NCBI GenBank assembly: GCA_043228905.1
Contig: JBHGNT010000013.1
Span: forward strand, 19,034,001 to 19,098,000
Length of the DNA stretch: 64,000 nt
Reading direction: 5' to 3'
Source of the DNA: Azolla caroliniana
Lineage: Eukaryota > Plantae > Polypodiophyta
The notes beneath the pieces were generated by a model, which worked only from the letters and a program-made list of their open reading frames with translations, did not search any database and was not told where the DNA came from. Shown here piece by piece: positions 11,307-24,855 of the stretch. Both the position numbers and the translations under genes were made by a program. Each line of letters begins with the position of its first letter. Positions within the stretch are counted from its first letter, which is position 1.

Positions 11307-13850
11307 AGAATGTATGAAAACTTATTAGTCGATTTCTTACGTCTTTTAGCATTAGCAATACCATACAGACGGTGAATATCATTGATGTTTTGTAGTGTTG
11401 TATCCCATGCATATAGGCATCAAATAAGGAATGTAATAATAAAGAAGAATTAAACCTAAAAGGAACTCGATCAAGCAATGTTTTGTATATATCTACCCCA
11501 TGTTTATTGAACTCAAAACATATGGGAAAATGATCCAATGTCACAACCTCTTGCATAATTGACATATTAAGCATCTCTGGGAAAAAGGACTCATCATGAT
11601 AACATACATTCTATCTAACCTACTCCATGTTTCCTTATATTGCATAGACTAAAATGTAAACCCAACCTGATCTTGATGCAACCATTTCCACCATACATCC
11701 AACTTCAAAACCTATGATGCCAATTTGTCCCAAATTGCTTGCTCAGGAGAATCCATCAATGAGAATTGTGAAGTAGATTGTGAAGCATCAACACACATAT
11801 TAAAATCACCCATTAACAAACCACCACGACCCACTAATAACCGTGCATACATTGAAGACCATAACTCAATGCGTTGATTAGCATTATTGGGTGCATAGAT
11901 TCATACCAACCATATCAAATCCTCAAAATACTTGACTTCCATCACAAAAAAACGTCCATATGGATCATTATAGACTATATGTGGACAAAACAAATCATGA
12001 ATAATCATGACAACCCCTAAGTAATGATGTGATAACTTTCGTGCATAATATGCGGAATATCCACGCAAATGTAACACATATCCTGCTAAAATCATGACAC
12101 TTATGTTCAATTGCACATAAAACATCTTATTTTTTATCAAATAAAGTTTTTCATAATATATATTTCTTATGAGAAGAAGATGCCCTCGCACATTCCATGA
12201 TACCACTTTCATTTAACACCTTTAGTAAGAACTTGCTCTTTATGAGCAAGTGTATTCATGAATGTACTAACTACTTGTTCAAGAGCATCATAAGGATTCA
12301 CGTGTACTATATCCCATCCAACAATATTAGGCATTTGTTGTCTAGCTCCACGAGAACGAAGTCCTTGATTTTATTGAGGTCATACCACCCTTCCTGAAGA
12401 ATCGAGTTTTAATTGGAAGGATAATCTCTGATTTCGCACTTGTTTCTGCCAAGGATTTTTCTTAAACCCCTCATTCAATCTCAAATGATCTTTTGGTAAT
12501 GCCTTACCATTAGTATTTTTTGTGTCCCTTTCTATGGCAACACCCTTCCCTTTTATCTTATGCTTCACTTGATGCCACTCTCCATCTTCAACATCTGGGT
12601 CATCATTAATGCATACTCCATTCTCCTCCCCAACACCTCTAACATGACCATGAACTTTAGGATCGTGCTCTAACCCATGAGATGTTCCCTCATCCATGAC
12701 CATATCAACCATTGAGACAATATCTTTCTCAACATCTTCCATAATTTTCCCTTTGACATTATTTTCTGGGGATAGTTAACCATGAGATTGGCATTCAGCC
12801 ATAAAATGGCCCAATTTACCACATTTAAAACAATGTCCTGCAAAGGTCTCCCATTGAAGCTTAAAACGAAATCGACCAAATCAAGATGCATCTATACTCA
12901 ACCACCCTGGAAGTTTACAACTTGTATCCATAACATGCAAAATCTACATTTGTTCAACGAATTAACATGAGGAGCAACCAAAACTTTACCAATTTGAGAC
13001 ATCAATCCTGGTAGTAAATTCCAAAAGAATGAGTTACTACAATACACGGTCACCCAAATTGGACATTGTTGTTTTAATAAATCCTTATAATCCACCACCG
13101 GAACCCATTCCATCACATGCACTAATCTTCTATAAAAAAAGATCGGTACATTTGCCATCAAAGCCGTACAATGTTCTAATGATCGAAAACCACATCATAG
13201 AAATCTCTTGGACCCACATAGACATCCTCAACACAATTAGGCATTATGAATGAATTCAACCACTACTTAATCCATGATACCAATGGAATTTTGCTAGTGA
13301 AATACAAAATAACACCACGATCATAGAACCTGTCAAAAGTTGCTAACATAGACTTGGTCTCCATCACCACCTTTACACCATCCTCCTCCACACAATCTTT
13401 ATCATCGTTCTCATTTTTTCCATAAAATCGGAAAGCAAAGCCTTAACAAAATCACAACGACTGTCAATATTATAATCATCTCTAATAACATCTTTCCCAC
13501 CAAGAATAACAACATATGATGTTTTCTCATGTTGTGTAGAATCGATACACTTTTGCCTCTTGTAATTTTCACAACCATCATTACTACTACATCCATCAAC
13601 AATCATCAACTCACTTCCTGTTGTTGTGTCAGCCATCCTAACAAAGATTGAGAGAACTAACCCGAGATGATGACGATTTTTCTTGTAGCTTCTTGTAACG
13701 ATAACGAAACTTAGCTTCTAAATAATCCTTGGAAAGCTCTCTGAACAAGCTTCGCAATGAGACAAAAATCATAAAAATCGGAGTTCTGAGTACAAAGTTA
13801 CATCAGAAACATGTTTCAACACTATTCTTGGAACGTCGTCGCTTTTTTTC
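11304..13850 (-). mobile_element. L1-clade LINE, 5' part only (ORF1 with zinc knuckle plus endonuclease), decayed
   Basis: ORF1 remnants (CPIWV, CFKCGKLGHFMAEC-like). ORF2 starts MKVVSWNVRG at 12212 with GDFN and DHFP motifs. No RT domain. Confidence 0.8.
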
Positions 13851-13852
13851 CT

Positions 13853-13898
<46 letters not shown>

Positions 13899-14106
13899 AC
13901 ACACATATCGTTTCCGCTGCATAGAATCACACCCGATTCTTTGCATGGTATCAAAGAGATTGGTAGCTTGATCCAAGCCCATCTATGTGTGTTGTGCCTA
14001 TGTTGACATTCATGAAGAACCAACCAATCACTGTAGTAGTGATGCTACACAGTTCGTATCTCAGAGAAGAAGATGAAGAAAACTCACTCCAAACAAGTCA
14101 AACATC

Positions 14107-17100
14107 ATGAATACTCAAATGGGAAGCGCTCTTCCTACCGAGAAACTCGACAGAAACAACTTCGCGTCTTGGGAATACAAGATGCACCAATATCTTGTCG
14201 GCCAAGGCTATTGGGGTTACATCGAAGGAGTTTAGGAAAATCAACCCAACCCAACACATGCCGACCACCCAGCTTGAAAGCAAGCGGAAAGTCGCGCGTT
14301 GTATTGCCTTCTATCATGCGTTCATGATCACATGCTCGACTATATCCTAGAGGCCAAAACGTTGAAGGAGCTGTGGGGAAACCTCAAAAAGACATTTGCA
14401 ACAAACACAGCCGCATGAAAACTTTAACTCCAACAACAGTTGAATAGTATCTAATAGAGGGATATGTCAATCGGTGGCGACACTTTGATGATCGAGGAGT
14501 TGTGTGACTCCCTCAGGTTGATCAAGGTCAACATTGAAGATGATGAAATGGTGTTGATGAAATGGCCTATCACCTCAATTCGGCGCAATATGATCGATCA
14601 TTCTTGCAAGGGAGAAGCCTCCCTCCTTCTTCGATCTCCACTCGATACTACTGGTCAAAGAAAATCACGTCCGAACAAGAGGCAATAGATCAGATGGACG
14701 AATGCCCTATACTAGTTTGAATGGAGGAAGAGGGTGTAGCCATGGAAGAAGAGGCTTATTCGGCCAAGGCAGACACAACCAAGTGTTGGAAGCGGCTGTT
14801 AGGATGCGAAACAACCTCAACACTCTTTGAGTTGAAGATCTTCAAAGACTACAAATCTGAAACAGATTGATAACACAAGACAATGGAATCATAATACAAG
14901 ATCAACATTGGAACAAAGGGAAGAGCGAGAACAAGGTAGGCACAAGAGTATGTAACTATATTATTCTCTCAGGGAGTTACAATGGCACAATGTACAAAAT
15001 GAACAACCCTACAACTAGGTTAGAAGAGTTAGTTTAAATACCAATTGACTTAAGGCAATTGGCCTTTCCATTATTCACATAAATAGCCTAAAACCTAGTA
15101 TGTCCAAATAGGACAATGTGAATATGTTCATTACTTCCCGTATTCGACACCAAGGGCGGTCCCATGAACACAACTTCCACTATCGACAAGACAGGACCAA
15201 GCCGACAAAACAACTCCATCCAATGCGGTTACTATGGCAAATTTGGCCACTACGAGGTAGAGTGTCAGAAGAAGGAAAGCGAGTCGGCATTCACAAGCCG
15301 ACAACTTACTAACTACGCCTCAAATTTTGACTACGACGATCATGGCAGAATGTTCATGATGCGGCATAGAGAAAATTTGATGATGGCATTGTGCCCGAAC
15401 AACACCTCTAGTTTAGAAAATGTATCGTTTGTCGACTCGGGTGCATCCAATCACATGACGTCTCATGAAGATTGGTTCCAAGAACTACAAAAGCCCGAAT
15501 GACCTGGCTACGTGGAAACAAGAGATGACACAATTCACCCCATTCAACATGTTGATAATGTCCCTTTCGGTGAAGACGCCAATCAGACCTACATCAAGAA
15601 CGTCTTACATCTTCCAACTATAACGAAGAATCTAGTCTCGGTTAGCTAGATCGCAAGTCCGGTTCAATCACGGAGGGTACGTCATCGAAAAGGAAGATCA
15701 AATTATCATTCGCGAACAAAGAGAAGGCCGAATATTCATCCTCGATTCTCACGAGATGAAATCGGCAATGTTTGCCAAGGGCCATAAAGCCAACGCTGAC
15801 ATAGAGTTATGGGACAAAAGAATTGGCCATATCAATCTCAAGAAGCTCAAAGGAGTGCAATCGAAAGGAATCGTTATTAGACTCCCGACATTTACTGAGA
15901 AGGAGATTACAGGTGTATGTGAAGCCTACCAATTCGGCAAACAACATCGACAAACAACATCGGCAACCATTCCCAAAAGAGAGGAATGTAAGCAAAGGGA
16001 CCTTGGATGTATTACATTCAGATGTGTGGGAACCAACCCAAACGACAACATTTGATAAATGGCAATATTATGTGACATTCATTGATGACTTCTCTAGGCA
16101 CACTAGGATCTTTCCTATGCGGCAAAAGAGTGAAGTGTTCACACATTTCCAAAAGCTTAAAAACGAAGTTGAAAAGGCAACCAGTCGACATGTACAGTGC
16201 CTTCTCTGACGCCTTCACTGACCTTCAATAAGGAAGAATTCGATGGGAGTTTACCTGCTGACACACATCTTAGCAAAACAGAGTAGCCGAATGGAAGAAT
16301 TGGCACATATTAGAGGAAGAAAGGGCAATGATGAATGAGAAAAACTTGCAAAAATCATACTAGGCTGAAACACGACCGTCTATCTAATGAATCGGTGCAC
16401 AACATTTGGAGTGCACAATGTAACCCCTTACGAGAAGTTCTATGGAAAGAAGCCAAACTTATCTCACATCAAGATATTCGGCTCTATTGCATTCGTACAT
16501 ATTCTCGACGAGAAGCGTCAAAAGCTCGATCCTAAATGACTGTCAGAGAAATGTATACTTGTAGGCTACTCGCTCAAATAGAAGGGTTATAAGTGCTTCA
16601 ACCTCTCTACCCAAAAAAATTGAGTGAGTTGGGATGTCGTATTCGACGAATCCGCATCCTGGTACACAGTCGACTTAGCTCCATCCGAACCAATTGAAAC
16701 CGCTTTTGACATAAACTTAGAGGAGGATGATTGACTGAGGCTCACACCACAAGAAAGTTCAATCTAAACCAGATTGAGTGGACCATAGGAGCTTCCAAGC
16801 GACCAAAGCACGTCGTGGCCAAGTTCAAAGATGGACAAAGGGAAGGTTAAAATGCCGAAGTATGGAGATCCGGACTATATCGAATTGACTCACTCACTCA
16901 ATAGTGAGTCCGATAGCCTTGATGCACCTATCATGAGGACACCCGAAGCCAAGAAAGAGCTCACATCAGCAGGTGAGAAACTCTGACACTCCACTTGAGA
17001 AAAGAACATCGTTAGCCGATTCGGCTATTTACAATGATTACATGGCATATTTATGCATTTAAAAAAAAATCCGAAGCCGCTAAGGACCCAGAATGGGTCA

Positions 17101-17900
17101 AAGCAATGAACGAGGAGATGCAAGCACTCTTCAAGAATGAGACCTAGGATCTCATCCCCTCTTCACCCCACCAGAGAAGCAATCAGATGCCGGTGGATAT
17201 ACAAGGTGAAGCACAATGCCGACGACACCGTCAATCGGTATAAGGTCCAGCTTGTTGTGAAAGAGTATGTGCAGACACACAGGGTCGATTATGAAGATAC
17301 CTTTGCCCCAATGACAAAGATGACGACCATTCAGACCATGATAGCGCTTGCAGTAGCCAAAGGATGGCACTTCCACCAAATGGATGTAAAGAACGCCTTT
17401 CTCCAAGGCAAATTAGACAAGGAGGTGTACATGGTACAACCACCAGGCTTCAAGTAGAGCACACACCTGCAAGTGGTATGCCGACTCAAAAAGCCTCTCT
17501 ACGGCCTCTCGACAGTGGAGCCATATCATGGAGCACCAAAAAGTAGTTGATAGTTGCATTGTCAGCACAGAAGTAGAATATAGGGGTGCAATCGTGGCAA
17601 CATGCGAAGCCGTAGGGCTCAAAAGAATATTGAAGGACTTGGGCGGTTCCTATCAAGGATCTGATTCCGATTCTCCTCTATCGCGACAAGGTGAGCAATA
17701 TCTACCTCGCCCGTAACACAGTCTTCCACGCTTAGACTAAGCACATTGAGGTGTACAATCATTTCATCTGAGAACGTGTCTTGGCTAGAGATGTCGACTT
17801 GCAACACAACATCACCAATCTACAAATGGCCGACATCTTCACAAAGGCCATGGGAGCCGAGAAATTGCACCAGTTCACGATGAATCTAGGACTTCGACCA
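14107..17900 (+). pseudogene. Copia A gag-pol pseudogene
   Basis: MNTQMGSALPTEKLDRNN gag start, VDSGASNHM protease, HSDVW integrase, QMDVKNAFL RT. Many stops and frameshifts. RT core is deleted near 17508 (KPLYGL joins SGAISWS). Confidence 0.9.
14784..15149 (-). mobile_element. Solo LTR (366 bp) inside Copia A gag, related to the Copia F LTR
   Basis: TG..CA ends and CCAAG TSD (14779-14783 / 15150-15154). Shares terminal GTATTCGACA and TGACTTARGGCAATT with the LTR at 52696-52973. Confidence 0.88.
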
Positions 17901-18106
17901 CCAACCAACCGAGCTTGAGGGGGAAAATAGAGTAAGAAGTAGCTGAATCATAAGGAGTAAGGAGCTCCACTCGACGCGAAGTCGAATGGAGCAGTACGAG
18001 CCAACCATTCACAGCTGAAGCCGGAGCCGATTACCTAAGCCGACTCAAAGACCTGTTCAAACCCAAGCCGACTATCTAGCGATCAGAAGTTGCGTTTGTA
18101 GGGGCG

Positions 18107-18438
18107 TGTTGATAATCAAACTCAACTTCCCTAATGTGGGAACACGCCTTAGGAATAGCCAAGTGTGTAAATACCCCACCACTTTGTATCATAACTAAAT
18201 GTGTCATGGAAGTTAAGACCTATGACACATAGTTACTAGGCAGTTAAGTCTCCACCTCCTTCTCAAGAGGTGGTTGTAGTAAGAGAATATAGAGAGAAGG
18301 TGACTACATAAGCACCTTCTCCTCTTCTTTGTAGGATTGGTTGTTATTTTCCTACTTAACACAGTTTTCTTATTTTTTCTCTCTCACACCCACAGACATA
18401 CCCTTTCCGCTACATAGAATCACAACCAATTCTTTACA
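18107..18438 (+). repeat. 3' LTR of Copia A
   Basis: Preceded by purine-rich GTAGGGGCG; matches the split 5' LTR. Confidence 0.92.
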
Positions 18439-18872
18439 ATTATCAACGCCACTTGTTTAAGCCAACAATGTTGTTCAACCAAGGGATCACAAACCATCAT
18501 AAATTCTTGTCGCTATTATTTATTAGAAAATGCAAAATCTCAATAACCACTATACAATGTTAACTAACACATGGACATAAGTTCAACATAGAGAATCAAT
18601 TGGAAAGAAAATGTTCAATTAGCAAATTCAAACCCTTGATAAAAATAGTGGTAACGCACAATCTAACTCAAGGGTTTGAGACTCCAAGTCCTTGAGCACT
18701 CTCTACTAACTTTGGGATTGTCTTTAACATTCCCTAACATATAGTATATTGTTAACCCTAATTTGTAAGCCATTGTTGGCCAAAGTTCATCACACAATGT
18801 AACTAGGTCATTTAAGGTTTGGACTTCACCACCCAAATTTTTTATGTTTTAACAATTGTTTCTCACTATTAG

Positions 18873-20120
18873 TTGATATCCATCAAAATTTTACACAAAA
18901 CCCAAAAAAATTGGAAAGAAGAAAATTTATTCCTAGTGAGTGCTCGCTACCAAGAACTTCATCCTCTACATCACATTCATTTAAACAAGACAAGCAAACA
19001 CTTACTATTTGGGGATGTGAAGGTGGACAGTGGTACGACAACCATAGTAATGGAAACTTGAAACTCTTAAACAAAAGGGAATCATTATATTAGAAAGACT
19101 ATGGATTGTTGATGGAGTGTCTATTATAGTGAGCTTATCTACACACATCACAACTAGATTGAAGCCACATAATCCATTTATGAGTTCATTTCATTGTTGT
19201 GCACATCAAATGAACTTGTGTATACAAGAATCTTCAAATAATATATTGACAGATGATAGATGCAATTGGGAATTGGGTGATTGTTAACTCAATCCACCAA
19301 CTTGAATTGGTCAAGATGCAAAATGCAATAGAATATATGTTCTTGGGATCTTGAAGACATGGCTTAGTTGCTTTTGGTGTTATTGTGAGGATATGTGACT
19401 TGCATGAGAAATTGCTAAAGACTTGCACATGCAAAGTCATGCATATAAAATATTTGTAAGTTTGAGGAACTTAAAAGGTAGTTTAGAATATGCTTTTATT
19501 TTGTTACAAAAGTACTTAAGACTAAATCTTGTTTGACTTTGGAATTTAAGAACTAAATATGTCACTAAATTTTGTAGGTTTGTCTATGATAATATTTGGG
19601 GATATAGAAGACTAGTTTTTGTATCATATTATGAATAATCTCAATGTTTTTGAAAAGTATAGTATCCAATATTCCTAATTACATAGGAGAAAAATGAATG
19701 AATATAGCTTTATGAGGTGTCGTAAATGGAGATATGTATTAAAATATCATTATGTAGAAGAGCATCAATGGCAAGGAGTAATAGAACCAACTAGTTTTTT
19801 ATCTTCATTTGTTAGAGTTTTGACATAACCATATTAAAGAATAGACTTCAAGATATGATGACTCATTCTTCTATAGAAAAGTTATGACCTATGAATGTGT
19901 ATGATATCTCAAAGTATTGGGAGTCGCGACTCGGCAGACTATAGGCCTCAATGAGTTGAAAGCACTTGAAAACTAATATGGTGTTAGAAAAAGGAGAGGT
20001 GGGAGCATTATTGTAATGGTTATATGACAAATTGTACAATGAATATCCAATCTTAAAAAGGCAAGCTATTATTGACTGGCTTGTAAGAGAGTTTTTGGAT
20101 GTCTAGAGAATAATATTTAG
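18873..20120 (+). pseudogene. Decayed hAT (ZNF862-like) transposase relic
   Basis: DGVSI at 19111 (cf. DGASVM), then NPFMSSFHCCAHQMNL ending 19192-19218 (HCxAHxLNL signature). YPILKRQA..ACKRVF near 20040-20100 resembles the dimerisation domain. Ends are approximate. Confidence 0.55.
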
Positions 20121-21806
20121 TGAGATTTGGAAACCAATGCTACCAAAAGCTTTAAAGATTTCATTGATAGGCTTGAGTAAGTTTAATCTACCACAACATG
20201 TGAGAAATGCGTAATTTGTTTGAATATAATAAAGAATAAGTTTCGAAATAGGTTACATTTAAATGTAGTAGATGCATAGTTCGAGCCATACTTCCCATTC
20301 ATGCCATACTCATACGTGAATATTCATATCATACTCATATGTGAAATGGTTCCAAACATGATTGAAATCCATTCGTCTATATTTATTTTTATTATTCCTT
20401 CTATCATAAGGGTGATATCATCTATAGATATGTGTCTTTACATTTGAAATTTTGGGATTTTCTAACCCTTGTCAATTAGGCAAGTTCAATATTCATTGAG
20501 AATTGAATAAAGTTAATCATTCTTGGGCCTTTTGTTCAAGCCACATGGAAACCCCACCAAAAGATGCCCAACATGGCTCTCATGTTTTTGTTGCCAAATT
20601 GGATGTTGGCAACGTGTAAAGTGCATGGACCTACCCTTAGTTTAAGTTCATGGTCCCCCTTTCCCTTTGGGCTTCACTTGGTTCTTCATTAATATTTATT
20701 CCTTAGTTTCTCTTTTCATATGTGTGCATATCAGTGCTTCCGTTGTTTATGCAAGCCCAAAGGGTACATACCCCAACAAATGAAAAGGATATACCACGAG
20801 GGTACATCACATGGCCATCAGCAAGACAAGGACTATCACCATCACCATCACTCATCATACCACTACTAGAATAAGAAGGGACCTCTAGTTGGGGGAGTAG
20901 CCATGTTGAGGGTATAAGTGGAGCTATCACAAAGATTCTCAGGCACAAAGATGGGATGATGATTGGGTAGAGGAAGAGGGGTGTTCAATTTGGGGGTTGT
21001 TAGAAGGAGCCATGGTTGTTGCTCCACCATCAGGGGATGATGTTTGAAGCTGCAAAAAGGGAGATGGAGAAGAAGATGAACGTGATGAAGAAGGATACAT
21101 GGTTGGTCCAGCTGCAAAGATAGGAGGAGGGCCATGGGTGGAGGTTGCACACCTTGTTTGTTTCGCCCTTCGCAAACTCAGTTTCTCACTCCTCAGACTT
21201 CAGTTCGTGATGCTTGTATATCAGAAAAAAACCCCAAACAAAACCCAAAAGGAAAAAAAAGGGAAACGAATATCGTGTATCATACACGAACGTATGCAAA
21301 TGTTCGCATACGTCTACTAAATTGGACGTATGCAAATATTACGAACTAAGAGTAGATGTATTGATTCCTATATTTGTTGAAGGACTTGGGGTTAAAGCAC
21401 ATGACTCCAATGTGGGTATTTGGTTGTAGTGTGAAAGCAATTTCCTTGAGGTGCCCTAGCACAAGATATTGGCAATGACAAGGATGATGATATTGAAGGT
21501 TCATAGAAGTAATAGATTGAACATTTGGTAATATACAATCAATTATGTTTCATACTTCACATGTTTTAAGTGTTCAAACATATTTATTTGTTTTCATGCT
21601 ATTGTTATAGCTAAAATTTCCCAATGTAAAGATTTGATATTATCTAAATCTCTAAATATAAATATAAAGACTTGGTTATTGTGTTTTGAAATTTTTTACA
21701 CATACCTCAATTGTGAAAATTTACTAACAAAAGTTAAATAATAAAGCTCAACTTTTTGTTAATATAAATTGTGTGTACACCACAAGGAAATGGCCCACGT
21801 GAATTC

Positions 21807-24052
21807 TTTTTTTTATTCTAAAATAACTCTTTCCATTATCTATAAAATTTTGTAGATGAGAATGTTAGATACAAATTCCAATAGGGACGTGATATTTCCA
21901 TCTTATGGGGAGGCCCATTGACTCGAGAAACGGAGAGGACGACCGTTGTTGGATGAAGGCTAATTGTTGTCTTTCGTCTCCATCGTTTGTAACCGTGACG
22001 CCACCGTATTGGCTCTTTAATGTGGCTACAGTTTCACTCCATCTCTCTTTCAGTAACATCGCTTGATGCATGATTTCATTGGAGAAGACCCGCCTACATC
22101 GTTATTTCTAGAGAATCCAAAGTGTTATTAGGCTACCAATTCCAATACGACTTGAATTTTGCCATTAATAGGAGTTGAGTGGATATAGTCGATGGTGGAA
22201 AATGAGATCTCTTGTCTTTATCACCAACATCATTCCCTCCTCCCGATGTTCGTGTCTATCAAATGGGGCTTACCATGATTACCAACATGCATTCCCCATT
22301 TGATTGTGCATTGCACTTGGCATAATTGTAATAGGTGGCCGCCCCCCGTCATATTTGATGGGTCTTTGGGCAGTCCCATAGAGTGTGTCAGATTGATTCT
22401 ACTACATTTGGGCATGCTACACAATAAGGAGAGCTAAAGATCCCACACTGCCATGCTCTGAGTGGTAGTGACCTATGTATTAATAGCTATTGGAACGTGG
22501 TAATTCGCCTAGCGCATTCTGGTTTCCATAATTGCTGCCAAAACATAGTAATAGGTGTATGGGGAAAATGATATGTGTGTCATATCTTTGCAGCAACCGA
22601 TCCTCTAGTGGTTTGAGCGGCTAAGATGTGGCGACCAAATATGGTCGTAAATTAGAAGAAAGGGGGGACTTTGCCTCCTTCGCAGGCATAAGGATCGCAC
22701 CACGTCCATTGCAAAGGGTCCCAACTGACCTTACATAGCCATGTGTTTACATCAATACATATGTGCCATTCTGGTTGTACTTTGATCGGATTGGGATTTG
22801 CAACCACTTACGACGTGTATACACAAGTACTCAAATTGCCATGTTCGATGTTGGTGCCTCATTCTCTCACAATTCATGGCTTTGGATCCTGTCTGGTGTT
22901 TCCCTACATCTTGGAATCAAAGAACCCTCCTCCTTGCCTGTCCACTTCACCATTGTCGTCCTTGGATAAGCAGCTTCCCCAAGCAATAGAACATTCATAA
23001 TTTCAGAGCCCATAGTCCATATGCCCCTAATTGAATGGAGTATGTTGGCTTGATATTTTAGTGGCAATGACATAAATTGCCACCAACATTCTATACTCTT
23101 CCTTGGACCTTTCACAATGCTTCCTCATTACAACCCCTTACTTGATCCAATTAGTTGACCGGATTCATCTCGAATAAATGGGTTCTATAGGATGTGTTGA
23201 TTGAGCCAAGCAAGTTTGGAGTTAGGTTGATCTCGCACTTGAGCTCTTGCTGTCACACCATGTCTTCCACATGGATGCAATAAATCTATCCTCCAATTGG
23301 CATGAGAACCTTGGTTTGGGATCCATGTTTAGAATCCATCCTGTTTGAGGGGCCCAATTATCCCCTATCAGTGGCTTAAAGTAAGTGACGCATAGTCGTA
23401 GTAGCATTTTCCAACAATCATCCCTTGGTTGGAGTCCTCGCATCACAAATTTGGCGAGTAGTGCTTTGGATTGTGAGAAGGAATCAATTAGACCTAGCAC
23501 TCCTCTCTGCTTGGGTGATCTGAGGACATGCGATGCTACTTGGGCTCGAGCTGCATGATCTTTCGTACCAGACCAAATGTAATTGCGTTGCAATTGTTGA
23601 ATCTGATGTATGATTTCCTTGGAGATTCTCTAGCATGATAGGTTGTACCACATTGTTGCGAGTCATACTTGATTTGCCACTATGATGCATCTTGCTAGTA
23701 AGAGTTCTTTCGAGCTTGAATGTATCAACTTTTGTTGAATGGAGTGAATAATTGGTGCAATCATCGTCTTGGGAGGAATGTTGAAGCTGATGTGGAAATC
23801 CAAAATATTTAATATTTGGTGCTCGGTCCCTAATTGATCCATGTGAAACTAGAATGTGAGCGCCAGGTTGGATGTGATTCATCAAAGAGCTATATTGCAC
23901 AGGATTTATGCCAATTGATCATGGCGTTTGATCTCTTGCAAAATAAGGATAGTTCACTTTCTTATTTCTTTAGATTTTCCACATCCCCTTGCATGTAGAT
24001 TGTAGTATCATTTGCAAATTCTATATCCATGAGACATTATTGAGAGTGTGGT
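21807..24052 (-). mobile_element. L1 LINE ORF2 3' half with poly(A) tail, decayed
   Basis: EFANDTT (FADD motif) at 24018-24007, INWHKS, RNYIWSG...GVLGLID, zf-RVT ESI.HTLWDCP. T-run at 21807-21814. Confidence 0.85.
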
Positions 24053-24171
24053 TGTCTGTTTGTCCGTTACAACGGCACAAGAACACCACGTTGGATAAGA
24101 TACCTCGAGTTGAGAAGGGTGAAAGCATGGGAATGGGACCAATTAGCTGTGTCCTTGACACAACTCATTAG

Positions 24172-24825
24172 TGTTGGGATTTCGGTCCCTCCGGATGGGA
24201 TGTCCCCGGAGATAAATGACGGCAGACCCCGGTTACGGAGCCGGATGATGAAGACCCCGGTTACGGAGCCGGATGCTGAAGACCCCGGTTACGGAGCCGG
24301 ATGATGAAGACCCCGGTTACGGAGCCGGATGCTGAAGACCCCGGTTACGGAGCCGGATGACGAATGTACCCGGAGAGAGATCCGGATGCGGGGACATATT
24401 TGTGAATATGTTTGCTAAGAGCCCTTGAGGCTATATTTGTAAATAGCCCGAAAGTCATATGTGTATAAATATGACTTAGGGCAAACAGTTTATGTTGTTG
24501 CCCATTTTGAGAGAGAGAGAAGAAAAGTGAGTAGCCGAGAGAGAGAGAGATAGAGAGAGACGAAGAGGTCGTTGCCTCTGTGTACTGCCGCCGCCTGTGG
24601 CGAAGACAGTGAGCTCAAGGTTGTTGCCTTGTAGCTTCACCATTGTACATCTCTGTCTATAGTGATAGTTGGAGTTTGAGGACTCCCGTGGTTTTTCCCC
24701 AGTTAGGGTTTTCCACGTAAAACATCCCGTGTACTCTTCTCTCTATTGTACTTCGTGCATTTTGTATTTCCTGTTTTCTAAAGTTGATCCTATTCCTCGG
24801 TTGTGGCCGAGCGCTGTTTGCAACA
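24172..24825 (+). repeat. 5' LTR of Copia B
   Basis: TGTTG..CAACA. Identical to 28940-29593 except at two positions. Confidence 0.98.
24224..24363 (+). repeat. 5 x 28-bp tandem array in LTR U3 (second copy at 28992-29131)
   Basis: Unit AGACCCCGGTTACGGAGCCGGATG(A/C)TGA; the fifth unit ends GACGA. Confidence 0.97.
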
Positions 24826-24855
24826 AGTGGTATCAGAGCGCGGTTAACACAGAAA

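Larger units (their letters stand above)
9901..13945 (+). repeat. 5' LTR of Copia A, split at its (CT)n tract by about 3.6 kb of LINE sequence (LTR parts 9901-10220 and about 13851-13945)
   Basis: Both parts align with the 3' LTR at 18107-18438. Confidence 0.9.
9901..18438 (+). mobile_element. Ty1/copia LTR retrotransposon A (decayed, with nested insertions)
   Basis: TG..CA ends and ATTAT target-site duplication (9896-9900 / 18439-18443). Met-tRNA PBS TGGTATCAAAG at 13946. gag-PR-INT-RT-RH remnants. Confidence 0.93.

Noticed and set aside
18444-18800. Ancient Copia RNase H relic flanking Copia A (also about 9300-9900)
   Set aside because: Only a faint KHMDI/LTQG resemblance; boundaries cannot be set.
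20440-20560. PIF1/Helitron helicase motifs (KAQ..LTL, LTRVRK)
   Set aside because: Too short and frame-inconsistent to support.
24224-24363. 28-bp repeats as a CRISPR array
   Set aside because: Head-to-tail units without spacers, inside a eukaryotic LTR, and no cas genes.
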